A stretch of DNA of 55,522 nt from Verrucomicrobiales bacterium (lineage in GTDB: Bacteria > Verrucomicrobiota > Verrucomicrobiia > Limisphaerales > J093): assembly GCA_037445715.1 (NCBI GenBank), contig JBBIJZ010000005.1, positions 15,645 to 71,166 on the forward strand, given 5' to 3'. Below the pieces are notes generated by a model that worked only from the letters and a program-made list of their open reading frames with translations, was not told the origin of the DNA and ran no database searches. Of this stretch, positions 45,140 to 55,522 are shown piece after piece; the stretch's first letter is position 1, and every line of letters starts with the position of its first letter. Made by a program: the position numbers and the translations under genes.

Positions 45140-48118
45140 ATGCACTCTATCCTGCGTTCCCGGCCGTGTTTGCTGGCTTGTTTGAGCGCCCTTGCAGTCC
45201 TGTCGGGCCTCACCCGGGCCGCCCTGCCCCCCACCGAGCTCAAAGACCTGGCGCCCCCGCCGGACTTCTTCCCCGGCGCAACGCACGACCCCGCCATCCC
45301 GACACCGGAGGCCGTGCTGGGGTTCAAGCCCGGCCAGCGCGCCGCCACACCGGCCGAAATCGAGCGCTGCCTCAAGGCGTGGACCACCGCCGCGCCGGAC
45401 CGCACCCGCCTGGTCGAGTACGCCCGCAGCCATGAGGGCCGGCCCTTGTACTACGTGGTGGTGACCGCCCCGCGGCACCTGAGCCGCTTGGACCAAATCC
45501 AGGCCGACCTGGCCCGCTTCGCCGACCCCCGCCAAACCCCCGAGGCCGAAGCGGAAAAGCTGCTGGAAGGCCTCCCCGCTCCGGCCTGGCTGGCCTACAC
45601 GATTCACGGCGACGAAACCGAGGGCTCGGACGCCGCCCTGGCCGTGCTTTACCACCTCATCGCCGGCACCGACCCGGAGGTGGCCGGACTGCGCGAGGAC
45701 CTGGTGATCATCGTGGACCCGCTCATGAACCCGGACGGCCGCGAGCGGTTCGTCAAGATGATCGCCGAGCACCGGGGCGCCCTGCCCAACGTGGACGACC
45801 AGTCGCTGGTCCACGACGGTTACTGGCCCTACGGCCGGGGCAACCACTACCTCTTCGACCTGAACCGCGACCTGCTCTGGGCCGTGCATCCCGAATCCCG
45901 CGGCCGCCTCCGGGAGTTGGCCCGCTGGAACCCGGTCCTGTTCGTGGATGCCCACGGCATGGGCTCGCAGGACACCCACCTGTTCTCGCCGCCGCGTGAG
46001 CCGATCAACCCCCACCTCCCCGCCAGCCGCGCGCGCTGGGGCGAACTTTTTGCCCGCGACCAGGCCGCCGCCTTCGACCGCCACGGCCTGGTGTACTACA
46101 CCGGCGAATGGCACGAGGAGTGGTACCCCGGTTATACCGACGCCTACACCTCGTATCGCGGCGCGGTGGGCATCCTGTACGAACAGGCGCGCATCGCCGA
46201 AGACGGCGTGCGCCGGCCCGAAGGCCGCATCCTCAGTTACGGCGAATCGGTCCAGCACCACGTCATCGGCTCGCTGGCCAATCTGACCACCGCCCGGGCC
46301 CACGCGCGCGCCCTGCTGCGCGACCTGCGCGCCAATCGCCAGGCGGCCCTCGACCCCGCCGGCCCTTACGCCCACCGCACCTTCGCCGTGTTGCCCAGCG
46401 CCAATGCCTCCCGCCTGCGGGCGTTGACCGAGTTGCTCCAGCTCCACGGCTTCGAATTGTACCGGGCCGCCCGGTCGTTCACGGCGGCCGCGGCCACCAA
46501 CCAACTGGGCCAACTGCTCACCGCCACCAATTTGCCCGCCGGCACCCTCCTCATCCCCAACCGCCAGCCGCTGGGCCATCTCGTCGCCGCCGCACTCGAA
46601 TTCGACCCCCGCCTCTCCGACCAGGCCCTGCGCGAGGAACGCCGGGAATTACTCCGCTGGGGCCGCTCGCGCCTCTACGACACGACCGCCTGGAACCTCA
46701 CCATGTTCTTCGGGCTCGATGCTCTGGCCCTGGCAGGCGACCTGCCCGCCGAAGCCGAGCCTTTCCGTGAACCCGGGCCGGCTCCCGCTCCCGCCGCCAC
46801 GCCCAGCCAGCCGGTGGCCCACGTCTTTGATGGTGCCGACGACCTCAGCGTGGCGGCCGCGGCGCGGCTGCTGGAGCGCGGCGTGCAGGTGCGCGTGGCG
46901 GAAAAAGACTTTGCCTTCGACGGGACCCGTTTCGCGCGCGGCTCGGTCGTCGTGACGCGCCTGGACAACCGGACCTTCGCCGGCGACCTCGCCGCCGTGG
47001 TGGAGCAGACCGCGCGCGAACTGGGCTTGCCAGCGGTGGCCGTGGCCAGCGGGCTGGGCGCGGGCGACCTGCCCGATCTGGGCGGGCGGCACTTCCTGCG
47101 CCTGGAGCCGCCGCGCATCGCGCTGGTGGGCCGGGGCCAGTTCGACTTCACCGACTACGGCGCGCTCTGGCACACGCTGGACCACCGCCTCGGCATTCGC
47201 CACTCGCACCTCGAGGACGGCGCCGCGCCGGACCTGGCCCGCTACAACGTCCTCATCCTGCCCCACGCCTGGGGCGGCACCAATCGCCTCGCCCTCGAGG
47301 CGCTCAAGGACTGGGTTCGTCAGGGCGGCACGCTCATCGCCATCGGCAGCTCCACCACCCGCTTCACCGCCGGGGCCGCCGCATTCAGCAAGGTACGCCC
47401 CCTGCCCGAGGTGCTCGGCCGGCTCGCCGATTACGAGCTGGCCATCCTGCGCGAGTGGCTCGCGCGTGATCCCAACCCCCAGCCACCCGCGCCGGTCTGG
47501 GCCCATCAACCCACCAACAAGCTCGCCTACCCCTGGCAGGTCGTGGACGGTGCCCACCCGGACGAAAAAGAACTCAAACGCCGCGATGCCTGGCAGGCGT
47601 TGTTCATGCCCCAGGGCGCCCTCCTGGCCTGCCGCGTGGACACAAACAACTGGCTCACCTTCGGCTGCACCGAGCCTTTGCCCGTGCTGGCCGACCGCCG
47701 CAGCGTGCTCATGGCCGCCGAGGGCGTCGAGGCCCCCATCCGCTACGGTTACCTGACCGCTGCGCCCGACCCCGTGACCGACCCGGCGCCGGTCCCTCCG
47801 TCGGGCGCCAACCCGGGCGCGGACAAGTCCCCGAAGGAATCAGGCAAGGACAAGCCGGAGTCGCCACGCATCGGCTGGGCGGCCCAACCGCCCGGCACGG
47901 CGCTTTACCTCCGCCAGAGCGGGTTGCTCTGGCCCGAGGCCGCCCACCGCATCGCCAACACCGCCTGGGTCACCCGCGAGGGCTTCGGGCGCGGCCAGAT
48001 CATCTTGTTTGCCACGCCGCCGACCTTCCGCGGTGCGACCCGCGGCACGATGCGCGTGTTCCTGAACGCGGTCGTTTATGGCCCCGGACTGGGCGCGAGC
48101 CACCCCTTGCGTCCCTGA
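45140..48118 (+). CDS. Secreted M14 zinc carboxypeptidase-family protein with C-terminal GATase-like domain
   Basis: Signal peptide; S.EGRPL, IHGDE (HxxE), NPDGRER, DLNRD, DAHGM; YNVLILP...W...GGTLI. Confidence 0.85.
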   Translation: MHSILRSRPCLLACLSALAVLSGLTRAALPPTELKDLAPPPDFFPGATHDPAIPTPEAVLGFKPGQRAATPAEIERCLKAWTTAAPDRTRLVEYARSHEGRPLYYVVVTAPRHLSRLDQIQADLARFADPRQTPEAEAEKLLEGLPAPAWLAYTIHGDETEGSDAALAVLYHLIAGTDPEVAGLREDLVIIVDPLMNPDGRERFVKMIAEHRGALPNVDDQSLVHDGYWPYGRGNHYLFDLNRDLLWAVHPESRGRLRELARWNPVLFVDAHGMGSQDTHLFSPPREPINPHLPASRARWGELFARDQAAAFDRHGLVYYTGEWHEEWYPGYTDAYTSYRGAVGILYEQARIAEDGVRRPEGRILSYGESVQHHVIGSLANLTTARAHARALLRDLRANRQAALDPAGPYAHRTFAVLPSANASRLRALTELLQLHGFELYRAARSFTAAAATNQLGQLLTATNLPAGTLLIPNRQPLGHLVAAALEFDPRLSDQALREERRELLRWGRSRLYDTTAWNLTMFFGLDALALAGDLPAEAEPFREPGPAPAPAATPSQPVAHVFDGADDLSVAAAARLLERGVQVRVAEKDFAFDGTRFARGSVVVTRLDNRTFAGDLAAVVEQTARELGLPAVAVASGLGAGDLPDLGGRHFLRLEPPRIALVGRGQFDFTDYGALWHTLDHRLGIRHSHLEDGAAPDLARYNVLILPHAWGGTNRLALEALKDWVRQGGTLIAIGSSTTRFTAGAAAFSKVRPLPEVLGRLADYELAILREWLARDPNPQPPAPVWAHQPTNKLAYPWQVVDGAHPDEKELKRRDAWQALFMPQGALLACRVDTNNWLTFGCTEPLPVLADRRSVLMAAEGVEAPIRYGYLTAAPDPVTDPAPVPPSGANPGADKSPKESGKDKPESPRIGWAAQPPGTALYLRQSGLLWPEAAHRIANTAWVTREGFGRGQIILFATPPTFRGATRGTMRVFLNAVVYGPGLGASHPLRP

Positions 48119-48144
48119 CCCCTGAAGTTCCCCGCGCGCGCTCC

Positions 48145-49524
48145 ATGACCACCCGCCTGCTCCTCGTCACCGCCCTGCTCGTCCACTTCAACTCCAGGGC
48201 AGCATCGCCGCAGGCGACGGCCCCGAACTCGTCTCCCGGTCCCGATGGGGAAGCGCCGCCCCGGCTGGTCGCTTCTCCTGAGCCCGACTGGCCGCAATGG
48301 CGCGGTCCGCATCGTGACGGCCGCTGCGAGGAAACCGGCCTGCTTCCCCGCTGGCCGGAGGGTGGTCCGCGCCAGCTCTGGCAAGCTGGCGAACTGGGCC
48401 GCGGCTATTCTTCGCCGGTCATTGTGGGGGAGCGCCTTTACCTCAGCGGCGACGTGGGCGACGAGTTGCACCTCTTCGCCCTGGACCTGGAGGGACGCCG
48501 GGTCTGGCGAGCGCAGAACGGCCGCGCTTGGCGCACGCCCTACCCCGGTGCCCGCGCCAGCGTGACCTACGCCGGCGGCCGGCTCTACCACCTCAACGCC
48601 CACGGGCGCGTGGCCTGCCTGGACGCCGCGACTGGCCGGGAAGTGTGGGCGGTGGAACTGTTCGAGCGGTTCGGCGGCCAAAACATCACCTGGGCCCTGA
48701 GCGAAAATCTGCTGGTGGACCGCGGCCGCGTGTTCGTGACCGCCGGCGGTTCACAGGCCCTGGTGGCGGCCCTGGACGCACGCACCGGCGACACCGTCTG
48801 GCAGAGCGAACCCCTGCGCCTGGGCGCCAGCAACCCGCCGGTCCACGTGCGGGTCAACGAACAGGCCGGCCGGGCGGACCCGCCTTCCTACGCCTCGCCC
48901 ATCTTGATCGAATGGGCCGGCCGCCGCCTGTTGGTGGGTTGTTCGCTAAGGCACGTGTTCGGCGTGGACGCCGAATCGGGCGCGCTGCTCTGGACCCGGC
49001 CGCTGCGCACCCGTTACGCGGTCATCGCGCTCACGCCGGTGCTGACGCCCGAAGGGGTGTTCATCACCGCGCCGGACACGGACGACGGTGGCCTGTTCCG
49101 GCTCCGGCGCGCGGGCGGACAGCTCTACGTCGAACGCGCCTGGCCCACGAGGGCTGACACCTGCCACGGCGGCGTGGTGCTGGTGGGCGACACGCTCTAC
49201 GGCTCCTGGTACCGGCGCGACAAGGGCTGGTATGCCCTGGACGCCCGCACCGGCGAGGTGCGGCATCATCTGCCCGACCTGGCGATGGGCTCGGTGCTTT
49301 ACGCGGACGGCCGCCTGTACTGCCTGAGCCAGGAGGGCGAGATGGCGCTGCTGGAGCCCACCGCGGGCGGCCTGGAATACCGGGGCCGCTTCCGGCTGGT
49401 GTCCGAGCGGGTGAACGACGCCTGGGCCCACCCGGTCATCCACCGCGGCCGGCTCTACCTGCGCTACCACGAGACCTTGTACTGCTTCGACATTCAGGCG
49501 GCGGCCGAACTGGCGCGCCCGTGA
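48145..49524 (+). CDS. PQQ-like beta-propeller repeat protein (BamB-like)
   Basis: DWPQWRGP.RDG, GYSSP, repeated LDA.TG...W, WAHPVI..GRLY.R. Confidence 0.88.
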   Translation: MTTRLLLVTALLVHFNSRAASPQATAPNSSPGPDGEAPPRLVASPEPDWPQWRGPHRDGRCEETGLLPRWPEGGPRQLWQAGELGRGYSSPVIVGERLYLSGDVGDELHLFALDLEGRRVWRAQNGRAWRTPYPGARASVTYAGGRLYHLNAHGRVACLDAATGREVWAVELFERFGGQNITWALSENLLVDRGRVFVTAGGSQALVAALDARTGDTVWQSEPLRLGASNPPVHVRVNEQAGRADPPSYASPILIEWAGRRLLVGCSLRHVFGVDAESGALLWTRPLRTRYAVIALTPVLTPEGVFITAPDTDDGGLFRLRRAGGQLYVERAWPTRADTCHGGVVLVGDTLYGSWYRRDKGWYALDARTGEVRHHLPDLAMGSVLYADGRLYCLSQEGEMALLEPTAGGLEYRGRFRLVSERVNDAWAHPVIHRGRLYLRYHETLYCFDIQAAAELARP

Positions 49525-49660
49525 AACCCGGCCCCCGACGCAACCTCGCGCTGGCTTTCAAACACAAGCGTGCCGTACAGCACCGCCGCGCGCCGCACAA
49601 GCGGCCGGTGCATGGCCGGCAACGCCGGTGCGTGGCTTGGAAGTACACCGTGGCGCTACC

Positions 49661-49820
49661 AACCACCAAGACGCTGGAGTGGAAACCACCAACCGACGAA
49701 GGCGTTGTCTTGGCGGCTTGGTGGCGCAATCCGCCCCCTTCTACAACGATTTGCCGCACGGGTTTTGTGAACCACCGAGACACAAAGACTCACTGGCACC
49801 GGCTATTCGTGACTCGGTGC
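49661..49820. repeat. Two related imperfect palindromic elements (AACCACC.AGAC.. arms)
   Basis: Copy 1 49661-49724 ccaccaagacgc/gcggcttggtgg; copy 2 49770-49820 caccgagacacaaa/ttcgtgactcggtg; between convergent genes. Confidence 0.55.
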
Positions 49821-49874
49821 CTTGGAGTAATTGGGACGGAAGCGAGACCCGCGAGACCCCGGCCCGGTGGCGAC

Positions 49875-51362
49875 TCAGTACCGGTAATGCTCCGGCTTGT
49901 AGGGGCCGTCGACCGGCACGCCGATGTAGGCGGCCTGCTTCTTGGTGAGCTTGGTGAGCTTGACGCCGATCTTCTCGAGGTGCAGCCGGGCGACTTCTTC
50001 GTCGAGTTTCTTGGGCAGGCGATAGACACCAACCTTGTAGGTGTCGCGGTTCTGCCAGAGGTCAAGCTGGGCGAGCACCTGGTTGGTGAAGCTGTTGGAC
50101 ATGACGAAGCTGGGGTGGCCCTCGGCACAGCCCAGGTTCACCAGCCGGCCCTCGGCCAGCAGGTAGAGGCTGCGGCCGTTGGGCAGGTCGTAGCGGTCCA
50201 CCTGCGGCTTGATGTTGACCTTTTTGACGCCGGGATGGGCGTTGAGCCGGTCCACCTGGATCTCGTTGTCGAAGTGGCCGATGTTGCAAACGATGGCCTG
50301 GTCTTTCATCCGCAGCATGTGCTCGAGCGTGATGACGTCGCAGTTGCCGGTGGCGGTGACGTAGATGTCGGCCTCGCCCAGGGTGTCCTCGACGGTCGTG
50401 ACCTCGAAGCCTTCCATCGCGGCCTGGAGGGCGTTGATGGGGTCAATCTCGGTGACGATGACGCGCGCGCCGAAGCCGCGCAGGCTGTGGGCGCTGCCCT
50501 TGCCGACGTCGCCGTAGCCGCAGACGACGGCGGTCTTGCCGGCAATCATGACGCCCAGGGCGCGCTTGAGGCCGTCGGCCAGCGACTCGCGGCAGCCGTA
50601 AAGGTTGTCGAACTTGGACTTGGTGACCGAGTCGTTGACGTTGATGGCGGGCACGAGGAGTTTGCCGGCTTCGAGCATCTGGTAAAGCCGATGCACGCCG
50701 GTGGTGGTTTCCTCGGAGACGCCTTTCCACTCCTTGACCGCGGCGGAGAACCAGCCGGGGCGTTCCTTGGCGCAGCGTTTGAGGAGGTTTTTGATGACCT
50801 GTTCCTCGTGGCTGGCCGAGGGTGTGTTCACCCAGTCGCTGCCCTGCTCCATCTCGTGGCCCTTGTGCAGGAGCAGGGTGGCGTCGCCGCCGTCATCCAC
50901 GACCAGTTGCGGGCCTTTCATGCCCGGATGGGTGAGGGCATTGAGGGTAAACTGCCAGTATTCTTCGAGGGATTCGCCCTTGTAGGCGAACACGGCGATG
51001 CCGGCCTTCGCGATGGCAGCGGCGGCGTGGTCCTGGGTCGAGAAGATGTTGCAGGAGGCCCAGCGAACTGAGGCGCCGAGCTCGCGCAGGGTTTCGATGA
51101 GCACGGCGGTCTCGATGGTCATGTGCAGCGAGCCGGAGATGCGCACGCCGGCGAGGGGCTTTTGCGGGCCGTACTTGGCGCGGATGGCCATCAGGCCGGG
51201 CATTTCCTGCTCGGCCACCTCGATTTCGCGCCGGCCCAGCTCGGCCAGGGAGAGGTCTTTGACGACGAAGTCGCGCTGAAGTCCGCCGTTGCGGTTTTTG
51301 GCGGTCGAACGAGCCGTTTTACCGGGCTTGATGCGGGTGGAGGGGAGTTTGACGGTAGGCAT
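49875..51362 (-). CDS. ahcY: Adenosylhomocysteinase
   Basis: [56 protein letters not shown]. Confidence 0.98.
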   Translation of the reverse strand: MPTVKLPSTRIKPGKTARSTAKNRNGGLQRDFVVKDLSLAELGRREIEVAEQEMPGLMAIRAKYGPQKPLAGVRISGSLHMTIETAVLIETLRELGASVRWASCNIFSTQDHAAAAIAKAGIAVFAYKGESLEEYWQFTLNALTHPGMKGPQLVVDDGGDATLLLHKGHEMEQGSDWVNTPSASHEEQVIKNLLKRCAKERPGWFSAAVKEWKGVSEETTTGVHRLYQMLEAGKLLVPAINVNDSVTKSKFDNLYGCRESLADGLKRALGVMIAGKTAVVCGYGDVGKGSAHSLRGFGARVIVTEIDPINALQAAMEGFEVTTVEDTLGEADIYVTATGNCDVITLEHMLRMKDQAIVCNIGHFDNEIQVDRLNAHPGVKKVNIKPQVDRYDLPNGRSLYLLAEGRLVNLGCAEGHPSFVMSNSFTNQVLAQLDLWQNRDTYKVGVYRLPKKLDEEVARLHLEKIGVKLTKLTKKQAAYIGVPVDGPYKPEHYRY

Positions 51363-51392
51363 AGGTACGTGGGGTTTTGGCTGACTAAAGAC

Positions 51393-51676
51393 TCATTCAA
51401 GCGGAGCGATTTTCGAGGGGATGCAGCCGCTACGGAGCGCTGCCCAAGCGTTCTCGAGTTCTTCACGATGCAATGCCGCCCACTCCACCACCAAGCTCCG
51501 GGCGCGCGCGCAGGCAACCAACCCTGCTTGAGACGGAGGGTCGCAATGTCGAACACGGCTTCATGCTCCTGATATTTGGCGTGGAAGTGGGCCGGGGGAT
51601 GGTCCTGGGCGTAGAGCAAAATGCTGATGCCGTAGAATCGGCTGATCTCAGGTATGGGTGGAAACGGGTTGGCCAT
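51393..51676 (-). pseudogene. DUF4160-family (putative TA module) gene, frameshifted
   Basis: PEISRFYGI.I.....DH.PAHFHAKY; removing 2 nt from the (GC)5 run at 51502-51511 restores ..PARARSLVVEWA.LH.EEL...W...KIAPLE*; ATA at 51655 where the usual start Met would be. Confidence 0.8.
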
Positions 51677-51935
51677 CCGACCACAGTTCCTCGGCGGTCA
51701 TCCCGGTGATTTCCAGGTAAAGCGCATCTGCACAGGCATCCACTTCTCCAGGCCAAACCAGCGCTCGTCCGCTCTCTTCAATCTTGAAGCGCGCGAAGAC
51801 ATCCGGGTCGCGCCAAATGGCAAAGACACCCTTCCCGACTCTGGCTGACAGGTCCACCGTGCCCTCCACCCCGTCGTCGTAGCGCAGGTGCAACCGCCAG
51901 CCGGGCAGAGCTTCCGCAAAAACAATGCGTTTCAT
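51648..51935 (-). CDS. DUF2442-family protein (putative TA module partner)
   Basis: L.L.YDDG..G.VDL......GVF....D...F......G.L.W....D.C.DALY; 3' end of ORF 51648..52991 from ATG 51935. Confidence 0.82.
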   Translation of the reverse strand: MKRIVFAEALPGWRLHLRYDDGVEGTVDLSARVGKGVFAIWRDPDVFARFKIEESGRALVWPGEVDACADALYLEITGMTAEELWSDGQPVSTHT

Positions 51936-51949
51936 GGCGTCACCCTGCG

Positions 51950-53122
<1,173 letters not shown>

Positions 53123-53146
53123 GGCGGGCGGTTGTGTGTCACGCAC

Positions 53147-53166
53147 GTATTGACGTATCGCGATGC
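53147..53166. promoter_or_regulatory. Candidate SahR-type operator (imperfect 20-bp palindrome)
   Basis: Minus strand GCATC-N10-AATAC, directly downstream of the predicted metK -10 element. Confidence 0.5.
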
Positions 53167-53167
53167 G

Positions 53168-53195
53168 AGGATATAACCGGATCCGTCGGTGTCAA
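53168..53195 (-). promoter_or_regulatory. Sigma70-type promoter for metK
   Basis: TTGACA (53195-53190), 16-nt spacer, TATCCT (53173-53168). Confidence 0.6.
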
Positions 53196-53238
53196 TCCGG
53201 GATTTTGCCTCGCGACCCGGGGCACCGGCCGATAGCGC

Positions 53239-54165
53239 ATGTCCGAGACCCTGAAAGCCCTGCGCGCGCTGGCGGATCCCACCCGCCTGCGGTTGCTGGC
53301 CTTGCTGCAAGGGCAGGAGTTGTCCGTGCATGAGTTGCAGGAAATCACCGGCCTGGGTCAGTCCCGCATTTCCACACACCTGGGGTTGCTGGCCGAGGCC
53401 GGTCTGGTGCAGGCGCGCCGCGAGGGCAAACGCACCTATTACGGCCTGGCCCGGAGCCATTCCCCGGCCGCTGCCCTGCTGGGCCCGGCGTTGCGCGGCG
53501 CCGACGAGCTCCCCGAGCGCGCGGCCGACCAGATCAACCTGTGCCGGGTGCTTGACCTGCGGGCGCACCGCGAGCGGTTGTATTTCAACCAGGTGGCCGG
53601 CCGGTTCGGGCGCAGCTACGGTCCGGGCCGCTCCTGGCAGGCGTTCGGCCAGTTGCTGCTGCGCATCCTGCCGCCCCTGACCGTGGCCGACCTGGGCTCG
53701 GGCGAGGGCCTGCTGAGCGAACTGCTCGCCCTGCGCTGCCGCAAGGTCATCGCCGTGGACAACTCGGAAAAAATCATCGCCTTTGGCGCCGCCAAGGCCC
53801 GCAAGGCCGGCCTCAAAAACCTCGAATTCCGCCTGGGCGATCTCCAGGACCCGCCCATCGCGGATGCCACGGTGGACGTGGTGATTCTGAGCCAGGCCCT
53901 GCATCACGCCGAAGACCCGCCGCGCGCGTTGCGCAGTGCCCAGCGCATCCTCAAGCCCGGCGGACAGGTCATGATTCTGGACCTGCGTCAACACACCTTC
54001 ACCAGGGTCCGCGAGCTCTACGGCGACCTCTGGCCGGGCTTTGCCGAAAGCGACCTGCACCGCTGGCTGGAGGCGGCCGGCTTTGGCCAGATCGAAATCA
54101 CCGTGGTCGCCCGGGAAGAGGAACCCCCGCACTTTGAAACCCTGCTGGCCGCGGCGGTGAAGTAG
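53239..54165 (+). CDS. ArsR HTH-SAM methyltransferase-fold fusion (SahR-type regulator)
   Basis: RALADPTRLRLL..L...ELSV.EL....G..QSRIS.HL; ADLGSGEG motif I, ALHH, LKPGG; divergent from metK-ahcY. Confidence 0.88.
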   Translation: MSETLKALRALADPTRLRLLALLQGQELSVHELQEITGLGQSRISTHLGLLAEAGLVQARREGKRTYYGLARSHSPAAALLGPALRGADELPERAADQINLCRVLDLRAHRERLYFNQVAGRFGRSYGPGRSWQAFGQLLLRILPPLTVADLGSGEGLLSELLALRCRKVIAVDNSEKIIAFGAAKARKAGLKNLEFRLGDLQDPPIADATVDVVILSQALHHAEDPPRALRSAQRILKPGGQVMILDLRQHTFTRVRELYGDLWPGFAESDLHRWLEAAGFGQIEITVVAREEEPPHFETLLAAAVK

Positions 54166-54266
54166 CCGGCTTACCCGCAGGCGGCCCCGTTTCACCGGCC
54201 TCCCTGTCCGCCGCCGAACGGCTGGCAAGCGTCCCCCGCTCGGGCACGGCTCGAAGTCCCCGGCAC

Positions 54267-54899
54267 CTAAAACACCGTCCCCTTGAGCTGCTTGAGCGCG
54301 TTGATGAGGAACTGGAAGGCAATGGCCGCCAACAGCAGCCCCATGAGCCGCGTGGTGATCTTCATGGCGATGGGGTTGATCCACTGCGCGCCCCGGGCCG
54401 AGACCCGCAGGATCAGGTACGAGATCGCGCACACCACCACGATGCACCCGTAAAGGGCGATTTGCTGACCGAGGTGCTGCGCCTTGCTCTGGAGGATGAT
54501 CACGTTCGAGATGGCGCCCGGCCCGGCCAGCAACGGCACCCCCAGCGGGGCAATGGCGATGTCGTCCTTGGCGGCGCCGGCGGCCTTTTCCTCCGGCGTT
54601 TCGCGGGTCTCGGAAGGATGCGCGCGAAGCATGTCCAGGGCGATCAGCAGCAAAATCACACTGCCCGCCATCTGGAACGCCGGCAGCGAAATGCCCAGGA
54701 AGTTGAAGATTTGCTGGCCGATCAGGGCGAACACAATCAGCACCCCCGCCGCCAGCGCGCAGGCGATCTTGGCCATGCGGTCGCGCTGGGCCGGCGTGTC
54801 GTTGGGCGTCATGGCCAGAAACACCGGCACCAGCGCCAGCGGATCAATGATCACAAAGAGCGAACTGACCGCCAGCAGGATGTACTCGTACAGACTCAC
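54267..54899 (-). CDS. MarC family membrane protein
   Basis: LFVIIDP...P.F, FG/LGIS..AF..AG.ILL, IA..PL..PLLAGPGAI, TRLMGLLLAAI; GTGA overlap. Confidence 0.92.
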   Translation of the reverse strand: MSLYEYILLAVSSLFVIIDPLALVPVFLAMTPNDTPAQRDRMAKIACALAAGVLIVFALIGQQIFNFLGISLPAFQMAGSVILLLIALDMLRAHPSETRETPEEKAAGAAKDDIAIAPLGVPLLAGPGAISNVIILQSKAQHLGQQIALYGCIVVVCAISYLILRVSARGAQWINPIAMKITTRLMGLLLAAIAFQFLINALKQLKGTVF

Positions 54900-55522
54900 C
54901 CGCGCCTTTGTGCCGGTTCCGTCGGGGCGACGCAAGCCGGCGCCAGGATGGCGTCCTTCATCCCGTGAATGAGCTTCTTGTCCGCCGGGCACAAGGTGGC
55001 CAGGACCCCGCCCAGCCGGGGCCGCGCGGCATCGCCTTCGCCGTGGACGAAGTAGTACGGACATAGCCGCACCCGGGCTGGCATGGCCACCGGACGGTCT
55101 TGCTCGAAGTCAAAATACACCGCCGGCACCACGCGCGGCTTGTGGTAGCGCTGGAGCACGTGGGGCGAGGTGGGGAAGGAACGCAGGGCCTCGTCCACCG
55201 CCGCGGCCCAGTCGGCCTGCGACACGTCACTGCCCAACGTGACGCTGCGCGCGCCCCAGGCCGTGGGGTGGAAGCCGGAGACCTTCAGGATCAGGTTGCG
55301 CTCGCGCTGGGAGAGGGTCTTGAGCTGATGCCAGTCCGTCAGGCCCAACTCCGGGATGGCCGCGTGCGGCGGCAGCGGCGTCGGGTCCACCACCCAGGTG
55401 TACGGCACGTGCCGGCACAGGCGCTCGAAGAAGGCCGCGCCCAGGTGTTGATGCCAGAAGCCGCGTAGGTTGCGATTCCACAATAGCGCGAACAGCAACT
55501 TTTCCTCGAAGACCGGCCTGGG
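54896..55522 (-). CDS. ATP-grasp-like protein, C-terminal part (truncated by window end)
   Basis: EEK..FALLW, VPYTW, ILKVSG....WGARSV.LG, VLQRY pattern resembles circularly permuted ATP-grasp/Gsp-synthetase enzymes. Confidence 0.5.
   Translation of the reverse strand, partial: PRPVFEEKLLFALLWNRNLRGFWHQHLGAAFFERLCRHVPYTWVVDPTPLPPHAAIPELGLTDWHQLKTLSQRERNLILKVSGFHPTAWGARSVTLGSDVSQADWAAAVDEALRSFPTSPHVLQRYHKPRVVPAVYFDFEQDRPVAMPARVRLCPYYFVHGEGDAARPRLGGVLATLCPADKKLIHGMKDAILAPACVAPTEPAQRRG

Noticed and set aside
51363-51400. SAH or SAM riboswitch upstream of ahcY/metK
   Set aside because: Only ~30 nt free before ahcY, and no riboswitch core seen before metK; a protein regulator and operator explain control

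Overview
High-GC bacterial chromosome segment, most consistent with Verrucomicrobiota (Pedosphaerales/Limisphaera-like; inferred from gene content and C-terminal domains of secreted proteins). It holds about 40 CDS, mostly housekeeping: adk (partial), pabB/pabC-like + yhbY, thiL-tsaE-tsaB, gnd, serA, dksA-like-rpmG-rpsR, metK/ahcY with a divergent SahR-type ArsR-methyltransferase regulator, and MarC. It also has a GH148-like glucanase, a 1485-aa two-domain glycogen debranching enzyme, an uncharacterised secreted alpha/alpha-barrel-like protein, an M14 peptidase and two signalling modules. No rRNA, tRNA, CRISPR or intact transposase was seen. Most notable: (1) an unannotated, translationally coupled gene pair (21657-24829) with ExbB/TolQ/MotA + ExbD/TolR/MotB ion-motor signatures, attached to a long coiled coil and a degenerate trypsin-like head; (2) a membrane-arm-only complex I operon nuoH-J-K-L-M-M-N with no nuoI or nuoA-G, a 26-residue NuoL helix extension and a rewired second NuoM; (3) a multiply frameshifted fur/zur pseudogene directly behind Cys-depleted DksA, L33 and S18 genes; (4) a decaying DUF2442/DUF4160 module wedged between metK and ahcY. 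All calls come from reading motifs by eye; no database search was run.
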